Source: Candidatus Hadarchaeota archaeon
Lineage (GTDB): Archaea; CAYQAE01; CAYVLA01
DNA: 34,960 bases
Assembly: GCA_964460695.1 (NCBI GenBank)
Contig: CAYWSC010000001.1
Location: forward strand, 1 to 34,960
Reading direction: 5' to 3'
The position numbers and the translations under genes are program-made. A model generated the notes under the pieces. The model saw nothing but the letters and a program-made list of their open reading frames with translations, did not search any database and was not told the origin of the DNA. The number at the start of each line of letters is the position of its first letter. Position 1 is the stretch's first letter. Of the stretch, positions 17,324 to 24,557 are shown piece by piece.

Positions 17324-18574
17324 GTGCAAGGAGGGACTCTCCGAGAGAGGGCAGTGCTTGCAGCATTGTGGCTTCTCGTCCCACTGGCACTCTCAGCGCA
17401 GGCCTGTTCTGCGCAGAAGATCAGGGTCTTGCTTACGGGCCAGATAGACCAGTCGGTAAACCCCCTGCAGGTTTGGTTCAAGGCGGAGCCCCTGGTCGAC
17501 TATCTTGCCGTGCCTTCAAGGGATCTTAGAGGAATCCTAGGCGGGGACAAGGCGATGAGCAGGTTCATCAGGATATACTTTCCGAGGAGCTACCAGGACC
17601 TCAGCAGCTACGAATTCATCCTCCTCAACTCCCCCGTAACGAGTCTCTTCAGCAAGACGCAGCTCGACTGGATGTACAGGGCCATTGTTGACGGATCAGG
17701 GGGGCTGAACACGGCAAGCATCATGAGCCAGTTTCCAGACGTCTACGGTGGTTGGGTCGAGTCTGTTCTTCAAGAGGCGTTTCCAAACGATGCGCCGCTT
17801 GTGGTCCAGAAGTTCGGGGGCGCGACCAGCAAGACGAAAGCCTTTCACATCGTCGTCAACCGCGACTTTCCCGTCCCAGTCCTCACGCCCTTCATACCCC
17901 TCGGCGTGGAGCGTTTTCTCGGCGAGGATTCGCGGTTCATCATACTCAGGCCGGGGGCATCCGCGCTGGCGTACCAGGTCGGCAACTTCCCGGGGTACAG
18001 GGACGTTCCGTACATCGCCGTCTGGGAGTATGGAAAGGGAAGAACCATGACAACGGGCGATGCCTTCGGGCATACCTTCTGGTCCTCTTACCGCGGAACC
18101 AGCAGCGACAACATCTATGCCCTTGACATTCTCATGAACCTCATATTCTACGCTACACACAGAAAAGTCGCGGAGGATGTTCAAGCCTTTCACATGGCTA
18201 GGAGCTACTTCATGGAGTTCAGGACTAGGATGGCAGTTCTCCTAGGGCTGAAGGACTTCGTCGAGAAGTTCGGGGCCAGGACTCGAAGCGTGGACGAGAT
18301 GGTGGCCAGACTTGAGGAATTGAACAGGGAGGCGGGAGACCGGTACGTCCAGCAGGACTTCGAAGGGTGTGAACAAGTCATGAAGGAAGCGTTCGACCTG
18401 TTCAAGGAGACTGAGGTAGCGACGGTGAAGCTCAAGCAGAGGGCGCTGATGTGGGTATATCTCGTTGAATGGCTCGCAACTACATCCGTTCTGCTTTTCT
18501 CGGGTTTCCTTCTCTGGTCGCTCATGGTGAGGAGGCAGCTGTACAGGGGGGTCGGGTACACTAGGGCTGGGTGA
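17324..18574 (+). CDS. Family F member F5 (subtype with F4)
   Basis: GTG start 4 nt after the flavodoxin stop. Signal peptide ...LLVPLALSAQA. Blocks RIYFPRSYQDLSSYEFILLNSP, IAVWEYGKGRTMTTGD, KDFVEKFGART, QRALMWVYLVEWLATTSVLLFSGFLLWSLMVRRQLYRGVGYTR. Confidence 0.9.
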   Translation: MQGGTLRERAVLAALWLLVPLALSAQACSAQKIRVLLTGQIDQSVNPLQVWFKAEPLVDYLAVPSRDLRGILGGDKAMSRFIRIYFPRSYQDLSSYEFILLNSPVTSLFSKTQLDWMYRAIVDGSGGLNTASIMSQFPDVYGGWVESVLQEAFPNDAPLVVQKFGGATSKTKAFHIVVNRDFPVPVLTPFIPLGVERFLGEDSRFIILRPGASALAYQVGNFPGYRDVPYIAVWEYGKGRTMTTGDAFGHTFWSSYRGTSSDNIYALDILMNLIFYATHRKVAEDVQAFHMARSYFMEFRTRMAVLLGLKDFVEKFGARTRSVDEMVARLEELNREAGDRYVQQDFEGCEQVMKEAFDLFKETEVATVKLKQRALMWVYLVEWLATTSVLLFSGFLLWSLMVRRQLYRGVGYTRAG

Positions 18575-18648
18575 GATGTTTTGCGGTAACTCCACCCGGC
18601 CCGCCGTCTCTCTGGGGCGGCGAAGAGGAGGCGTCCCTATCCGCGTGT

Positions 18649-20916
18649 TCATGAGATGGGTTTGGTACCACTGCTCTTAAGCAGCCATATGTCTGATATG
18701 CGTGATCGGTGCCTCCAGTTGAGGTGTTGCTCTCCGGGGTCGGCAAATCCAACCTCTATCCACCCCTTGGACGTCAGCCTCTTCGGGATGGGGAACTCCT
18801 TGAAGCTGCCCTGTTCTCTCTCATACCTAGTGGGCTGGACGCGTTCACCGTCGACCTCGAGGAGGGCCTCGCCATATCCAGTTAGACGTATGGTGTAGCT
18901 AGCATCGGGGTCTAGACCTTCGTATCTCAGCTTGGGCCTATGCATGTAGACCTGGAAGGAGAGTCTTGCCCTGCTGAATCCGCTATCCCACCATGCATAG
19001 GTGGGCTGCTGGAGACCCTTCTGCACATGGGGAGACTTGGCCACGTTCCCAACGTCGTCGTAGAAGCTTCCATCTGGTGGATGTTCCCATTCCCTTATGA
19101 GCTTTATGCGCTCTATCTTGCACCTCTCGTCGTCCATCTTGCGTATCTTCTCGAACTCGTCTTCAAGCCACCATCGGTTGTTGAGCGGATAGTCCACGAA
19201 GTCGAGGACGCATCCCCTCTCGTATCCGCTGGCATGGAACCGTGGAACGCTCGTCTGAAGCCCGATGCTGTCGAATAGTGCGTAGCATAGCTCCTCAATC
19301 CTCCTCCTCAGCTCGGGCGCCACGTTCTCTCGGTCAGCCTTCTGCACCAACTCTAGGGCACGCTTCATCGGTTCTTCCGCGTTTCCCGGTCCAACTTCTT
19401 CGAGAACCTGCATTGCTTTTTTCTCCAGCTCCTGCTCGTAGAGGAGGCGACGTCTGGTATAGGCGTCGTAGTATGCTCTGAGAAGGAGGAGTTGCCAGCG
19501 CCAGTTCGAGGATAGGTCCGTTCTCTGGGTTTCGAGTCGTCTCCAGTGGTCAAGGGTCTTCTCGACAGACTCATTCCTCCAAAGGGGTCCCTCCCAGTTC
19601 TTCTCAAGCATGAATATTCCTCGAGCCGCCTGTTCGGCCACGTCGTCGCCGAAGAAGAACTTGCAGTAGTCTAGGATGATATCTTTGACAGGGATGTCTG
19701 GGTCCCAGGCAAGTCTCGTCCAGACGACCTTGTTGACGTCGTCGTGGACTCCGTCCGAGTAGGAGAGGAAGCCGTCGGTATACGGGGCGAAGTGATTGTG
19801 GATCTTCGAGTAGTAAAGGGGCTGTGGGTTGCACGGCTCGCGGCCCAATGTGAGGGCGAAGGCCTGGTCCCACCAGAGGACTGGGTACTGGCATCTGACC
19901 GTGTGGGTTATGTCCGGGTAGTGGCGGTGGCGATACTTCTGTGGAAGTCTATCCCTTGTCAGCGGGATCGGCGGGCTGCCTGGGCCTGACACCACTCCCC
20001 GCAGCCAGTCTGGGCTGTGTTCCTCGAGGTAATTAAAGAAGTAGTCCACTTCTTCGGGCTTGAAGCCTTGAAGGGAGACCCATACCCCGGCTCCCGGGTG
20101 ATGGCGTCTTAGCTTCTCGGATATCCTCTGAAGGAAGGGGAGGAGCACCTGGGGCGGGTTGCTGCCTGGGTCTCCCCCCGGAACGAAGACGCCGTCCAGC
20201 CTCGGACAGTCCTTGTAGAGTTCTTCGTGTTTTCTGACCTCGTCCTCAACCTGCTTCGGATCGGAGAGATCCACCGTTGCTGGGGTCCAAACCCAGAAGT
20301 CCAGGTCGTACTTTTCGCAGATCAGACTGATCCTCCGGTTCATCTCCCTACGGGGGAGCTTCATGAGCTCGTTGACATCAGCATCTTGGAGGGGGATGTT
20401 CTCGATGCAGTTCGTGCCAAAGAGGGCAAGCTCCCTTATATACCGCTCGTACTGGTCAGGTGTCCATGCGTCGTAGGAGTTGGCAGTTGGCCTGTAGCCG
20501 AGTTGGTGTCCCCTTATGGGGTATCTCGGAGAGCTTGCTATGTCAAGATCCTCTTCCAGCACTACTGAGTCGCGGGTAAATTGCAGCATCCTGAGGAGAA
20601 GTCCCACGCCGTAGAGACACCCGCGCCGGTCGGCGCCGATGACCCATATGATTTGGGCCTTCCTGTCTACCACTACGCGGAATCCCTCGGCCACGTTCTC
20701 TGGTGCTGACCCTGTCCGCCTGGGAACGGGTTTTCCAAGAAGCGTCTTGTTCCTCGACAGGGATACCGCGACGGCTGGCCGGTCATCCGGCCATGCATCC
20801 ACTATGGGCCACCCGACCCCGGCGCGGATCTCGACCTCTTCTCTCAGGGCCTCGGCAGCGACCCGTTCCGGAGCATGGGCACCGGGAATGACTATCGCAC
20901 AGTTTCCTACCTTCAA
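18649..20916 (-). CDS. Large cytoplasmic glycoside-hydrolase-like protein (GH20b/GH67N-type N-terminal domain, then a TIM-barrel-like region and a helical C-terminal part)
   Basis: 755-aa ORF. TTG start with GGAGGGAG about 6 nt upstream. The N-terminal pattern (AIVIPG..A..ALREEVEIRAGV..., EGFRVVVD...IWVIGADRRGCLYGVGLLLRML) resembles the alpha/beta N-domain that precedes GH20/GH67/GH115-type barrels. It is followed by PRYPIRGHQLGYRP. No signal peptide. The family assignment is tentative. Confidence 0.6.
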   Translation of the reverse strand: MKVGNCAIVIPGAHAPERVAAEALREEVEIRAGVGWPIVDAWPDDRPAVAVSLSRNKTLLGKPVPRRTGSAPENVAEGFRVVVDRKAQIIWVIGADRRGCLYGVGLLLRMLQFTRDSVVLEEDLDIASSPRYPIRGHQLGYRPTANSYDAWTPDQYERYIRELALFGTNCIENIPLQDADVNELMKLPRREMNRRISLICEKYDLDFWVWTPATVDLSDPKQVEDEVRKHEELYKDCPRLDGVFVPGGDPGSNPPQVLLPFLQRISEKLRRHHPGAGVWVSLQGFKPEEVDYFFNYLEEHSPDWLRGVVSGPGSPPIPLTRDRLPQKYRHRHYPDITHTVRCQYPVLWWDQAFALTLGREPCNPQPLYYSKIHNHFAPYTDGFLSYSDGVHDDVNKVVWTRLAWDPDIPVKDIILDYCKFFFGDDVAEQAARGIFMLEKNWEGPLWRNESVEKTLDHWRRLETQRTDLSSNWRWQLLLLRAYYDAYTRRRLLYEQELEKKAMQVLEEVGPGNAEEPMKRALELVQKADRENVAPELRRRIEELCYALFDSIGLQTSVPRFHASGYERGCVLDFVDYPLNNRWWLEDEFEKIRKMDDERCKIERIKLIREWEHPPDGSFYDDVGNVAKSPHVQKGLQQPTYAWWDSGFSRARLSFQVYMHRPKLRYEGLDPDASYTIRLTGYGEALLEVDGERVQPTRYEREQGSFKEFPIPKRLTSKGWIEVGFADPGEQHLNWRHRSRISDIWLLKSSGTKPIS

Positions 20917-21009
20917 TCAACTCCCTCCTATTGGTGATAGGTCCCTAACGGCCATTTCGGTCGTCAAGATGTTCTATCTAGCTGTATTGCTAGTCCGCCG
21001 GCCCGTCCG

Positions 21010-22251
21010 TCAAGGCGACCTTGGAGGCCGAATCTCAGCCGCGTTCTCTCTCAGCTTCTCAAAGGCCGCCACCACGTCATCCATATCCTCTTTGGAGCCC
21101 AGCAGGAGGTTTTGCTTCAGCCAGATCCCCTCAGAATAGCAGGCCCTCTCTGTGACCGGGAGAGAGGTCTTAGAGTAATCCACCTTCTTTCCGTAGTATG
21201 GGCACGAGATGGGACACTTCTTGAAATACTCCAGGTACTTCTCCTCATACAGGGGTCGAGAGTAGCCAGGAGTTGCAGGGATTCCCTCGGCCTCGAGGGC
21301 ATTGGCGAACTCGAACTTGGAAGCACCGTCGAACGCTTCATGGTCGTATCTGAAGATATAGAGGTGGTAGGCGTGTCTTGTGATCCTCTCGTCCTGCCTC
21401 ATGGTCTGTATGCCGTCGATCTTGGATAGCTTGGAGTCCAGGTAGGCCGCGTTTCGCATTCTGATCTCCGTGTGCTCATCGATTCTGTGTAGCTGGACCA
21501 GAAGTATGGCGGCCTGGAACTCGGTCATCCTGCAGTTGGATCCTGGAAGTGGGTGCTGGTACCATTCGCCCTCCGGCAGCCTTCCACAGTTGTGGAGGGA
21601 CCATGCCTTCACGTAGAGGTCGTCGTCATCGGTCACTATCATTCCGCCCTCACCGCTGGTCACGTTCTTGGAGGACTGGAAGCTGAAGCATCCCATGTTT
21701 CCTATGGCGCCTACCCGCCTCCCCCTCCACTCGGATCCCCATGCCTGGCAGGCATCCTCAAGTATGTACAGGTCGTTGTCGCGGGCGATCTTTTTCAGAG
21801 AATCCATGTCGGCGGGGCGGCCGGCGATGTGTACGGGGAGGATGCACTTGGTCTTGTCCGAAATCACGGACTCAACGCTCTTCGGATCAAGGGTGTAGGT
21901 GTCTGGCTCTATGTCCGCAAAGATGGGGATCGCGTTGACGTAGAGCACGGCTGTGACCGTTGCCATGAATGTATACGCCGGGACGATGACCTCGTCGCCG
22001 CAGCCTATCCCCATCGCCCTGAGGCTGATTTCGAGGGCAGTGGTGCCGCTGGTGACAGAAACGGCATGTTTCGCATGCTGGAAATCGGCAAACCTCTTCT
22101 CCAGTTCGGCCTGTCTCTGTCCGCCGATTCCCCAGACACCGCTCTCAAGGGCACCCCTCAACGCCTCCAGTTCGCGCTCGTCGTACACGGGCCAGGCGGG
22201 GAATGGCTTCGTCCTGACCGGTTTTCCACCTCTCACCGCAAGCTTGCTCAA
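21010..22251 (-). CDS. DegT/DnrJ/EryC1/StrS-family PLP-dependent sugar aminotransferase
   Basis: N-terminus LAVRGGKPVRTKPFPAWPVYDERELEALRGALESGVW. TSGTTALE. The PLP-lysine block FSFQSSKNVTSGEGGMIVTDD. NCRMTEFQAAILLVQL. These are all hallmark blocks of the family. TTG start. Confidence 0.9.
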   Translation of the reverse strand: MSKLAVRGGKPVRTKPFPAWPVYDERELEALRGALESGVWGIGGQRQAELEKRFADFQHAKHAVSVTSGTTALEISLRAMGIGCGDEVIVPAYTFMATVTAVLYVNAIPIFADIEPDTYTLDPKSVESVISDKTKCILPVHIAGRPADMDSLKKIARDNDLYILEDACQAWGSEWRGRRVGAIGNMGCFSFQSSKNVTSGEGGMIVTDDDDLYVKAWSLHNCGRLPEGEWYQHPLPGSNCRMTEFQAAILLVQLHRIDEHTEIRMRNAAYLDSKLSKIDGIQTMRQDERITRHAYHLYIFRYDHEAFDGASKFEFANALEAEGIPATPGYSRPLYEEKYLEYFKKCPISCPYYGKKVDYSKTSLPVTERACYSEGIWLKQNLLLGSKEDMDDVVAAFEKLRENAAEIRPPRSP

Positions 22252-22356
22252 AACAATCCCTCATCAACTTCCATAGTGCAGCGGGTGATCAGACGGGGGC
22301 AGATGGGAGGCGGCGGCATAAATACATTTACGTCGGCTGGGGGCAGCGGGCCAATC

Positions 22357-22363
22357 TTTTAAA
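22357..22363 (+). promoter_or_regulatory. TATA-like box (TTTTAAA) about 35 nt upstream of ATG 22395
   Basis: A/T box in the 143-nt divergent spacer between the aminotransferase gene and 22395. Confidence 0.4.
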
Positions 22364-22394
22364 GGCAGGACTTCCGGTAGCCGACGGCGGTGAG

Positions 22395-23516
22395 ATGCTT
22401 TTCACACAGGAAGGTGATCCAGTCTACCCCCTCGGAATGTACGAGCAGCCGAGGGACGCCGCAGAATGGGCCCAATGGGCTGCGGCAGGGGTTAACCTCC
22501 TGAGGTGCCACACGGAGGAGGATCTCGATAGGGCCCACAAGAATGGAATGATGGGCTGGGTTCCCGTTCCAATGATTGTGGGCGACCATAAGTCGGAGGA
22601 GGCCTTGGAGAAGAGGGTTCGAAACCTAAGAGACCACCCTGCACTACGGGTCTGGGAGGCCCCGGACGAGGCGATCTGGAACGCGTGTAGGCTTGAAGAT
22701 GGCCGTGTCTCTACTAGGCTCTGGGCGCTGGAGCCAAGCGTCAGGAAGAGGGTTTTCACCCGTCTTGAGGCAATTGTCGAGGGGCTCAGGAGCGGTTCCG
22801 CGCTGGTGAGACGGCTCGACGGCTCCCGGAAAATATGGTTGAACGAGGCTTGCAAGAGCGATCAGGACACGCTCGCGAGGTGCCTTCCATTCCTAGACAT
22901 CGTTGGCTTTGACTACTACCCGGTGCCGCAGTCCGAATCGAAGGCTAGGGCGCTTCCCCTGATAGGCCGCTACGTGGACAGATTCAGGATGACAGCCCCT
23001 TCCCACGACATATGGGTGGTAGAGCAGGCCTTCTCCTGGTCGACGATAAGGCCGGAGGACAATCGAAGGCGAGCCTATCCAACCCTTGATCAGTTCAGGT
23101 TTATGGCTTGGGATGCCGTAGCTCACGGGGCTACTGGGTTGCTGTGGTGGGGGTCGCATCACGAGGATAGGCCTGCGGCTTTCCTAGCCCATCTTATGAA
23201 GACTGTTTCCGAGCTCAGCGGGTTGCAAAGCTTTCTCGTCTCGGGGGAGGCCGGGCGAATCTCGGTCGAAGTAGACAATCGTCAAAACCCCGCCCTAGTG
23301 GGCGTGTCCTACACAATGAGAAGGTCCGGGGACGAGGCCATGCTGGTCTTGGCGAACGAGGATCGATTTGAGCACGACGTGATGATAAGGGGCGTAGAAA
23401 GGTTCGACCTGGGGGGCTTCCAGCCCCTCTGGGAAGACGAGAGTGAGCTGGAAAAGACATCAGAAGGTTGGATCGTGAAGATGAAAGGGCTCCAAGTCAG
23501 GGTTTACGTAGGGTAG
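22395..23516 (+). CDS. Cytoplasmic clan GH-A-like (beta/alpha)8 glycoside hydrolase candidate
   Basis: 373-aa ORF with no signal peptide. KIWLNEA (an Asn-Glu pair as at strand 4 of GH-A enzymes) and IWVVEQAFSW (a candidate nucleophile Glu at strand 7) lie about 75 residues apart. VGFDYYP lies between them. The family is not identified. Confidence 0.55.
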   Translation: MLFTQEGDPVYPLGMYEQPRDAAEWAQWAAAGVNLLRCHTEEDLDRAHKNGMMGWVPVPMIVGDHKSEEALEKRVRNLRDHPALRVWEAPDEAIWNACRLEDGRVSTRLWALEPSVRKRVFTRLEAIVEGLRSGSALVRRLDGSRKIWLNEACKSDQDTLARCLPFLDIVGFDYYPVPQSESKARALPLIGRYVDRFRMTAPSHDIWVVEQAFSWSTIRPEDNRRRAYPTLDQFRFMAWDAVAHGATGLLWWGSHHEDRPAAFLAHLMKTVSELSGLQSFLVSGEAGRISVEVDNRQNPALVGVSYTMRRSGDEAMLVLANEDRFEHDVMIRGVERFDLGGFQPLWEDESELEKTSEGWIVKMKGLQVRVYVG

Positions 23517-23559
23517 GTATACCAAGTCCCTTTGATCGAATGACTTCCTACCGCTGCCT

Positions 23560-23686
23560 CACCCTCTTGGTCTCTATGTCAACGAACTTTTCGTGCTTGC
23601 TGCAGTAGTTCTTGTTCTTGCTCTGGGCATTGGTGGTGAGGAGACGGCTCTATAGGGAGGTCGGGGTCACGAGAGGAGGGGCGTAG
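23560..23686 (+). pseudogene. Relic of a family F C-terminal anchor (helix plus basic tail only), containing a frameshift
   Basis: One frame reads PLGLYVNELFVLAAVVLVLALG (compare ALLWVYVIEYLVVTA...). The next frame continues LWALVVRRRLYREVGVTRGGA-stop (compare LYSLMVRRRLYREVEVTR). No matching ectodomain-coding sequence lies upstream. Confidence 0.6.
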
Positions 23687-23687
23687 A

Positions 23688-24514
23688 ATATACAGGCGGT
23701 TTGTAGGGTTTCTAGCGATAATACTGGTCATAACGACAGTCTTGTCTCTAGTCGCCTTTCAGAGGAGCCCTAGAGAGGCCCTCAGGTTCCTGTCCCATCG
23801 AATGCCCGCCAGCATCGTCGGTGGGCAGCAAGGCACTCTATCGTACTCCTTCGACCTGATGGCTACGCGTGGCGTCGACAACTTGGTCATAAGGTTCGAG
23901 TTCTTCGTTCGGCAGGTGGGAATTGCTCTGTCGAAGCCTTGGAACACTACGACCGGAAGGAAGTTCGAGTACATGGTCCAGAATGTGCCGCGGCTTTTCG
24001 AGATAAAGAGGGCGCTGGACGAACTTGGCCGATTGGCAGGGATTGACGCCTATCGTGTATTCGAGGTGAGGGGGAAGATGGGAAGATCGTCGTCATGGAC
24101 TTTACCGATGCGATGTCCCTTCTCGTGGGCCCAGATCAACTCAAAGGTGTCTACACGCTCTATGCGTTCGATGTCGCCCGGGAGGGCAACGTGTCGGTTT
24201 ACGGGGGCTGCAGAGACTTCTTCTTCAGGAGAGACACCGTGGTCCGGGGGATCAAGATTACGTTGCCGTCTGAAACCCTCTGCTTTGGGCGGGTTGAGCG
24301 GGTCGGCGCAGCTGTGTGTAGATCGATGACAGATGCTCCTATGGGTCTTGTGGAGCTACCGCGGCTAGGCAAGGGGCAGAGGATCCGCGTGCACGTGGTC
24401 CTGAACAGCGTACACATGTTTCCCCACATGGGAATGATTCAACTCATCGAGACCAAGTCCAGCGGGGAGCGCGGCCCTGTAATCATAGAGAGAATATCAG
24501 GGAGGGGCATATGA
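23688..24514 (+). pseudogene. Decayed family X member (X3): no canonical start codon and a 1-nt frameshift in a G5 run
   Basis: Frame 0 reads (ATA)YRRFVGFLAIILVITTVLSLVAF..., an X-type N-terminal anchor, with no ATG/GTG/TTG before the helix. At the G5 run 24070-24074 the X-like reading moves to another frame: ...AGIDAYRVFEVRG / EDGKIVVMDFTDAM..CRDFFFRRD..IKITLPSE..MGMIQLIETK. This is colinear with X1 and X2. Confidence 0.65.
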
Positions 24515-24557
24515 GCGTCACGTTGAGGTAGCATGTCTCCAAATCATGCCGCGGCGT

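Noticed and set aside
21553-22362. 269-aa plus-strand ORF antisense to the DegT aminotransferase gene, and similar long antisense ORFs at 26058..26759, 27445..28296, 17696..18193, 16399..16905, 13154..13561 and 1927..2451
   Set aside because: Each lies fully inside a gene with strong motif support on the opposite strand. Their translations are Arg/Gly/Pro/Val-rich, as expected for antisense frames of GC-rich coding DNA.
23742-24514. ORFs 23742..24329 and 24095..24514 treated as two independent overlapping genes
   Set aside because: Read across a 1-nt shift at the G5 run, they form a single sequence colinear with X1 and X2. The tails after the shift point (23742 ORF) and before it (24095 ORF) have no paralog support.
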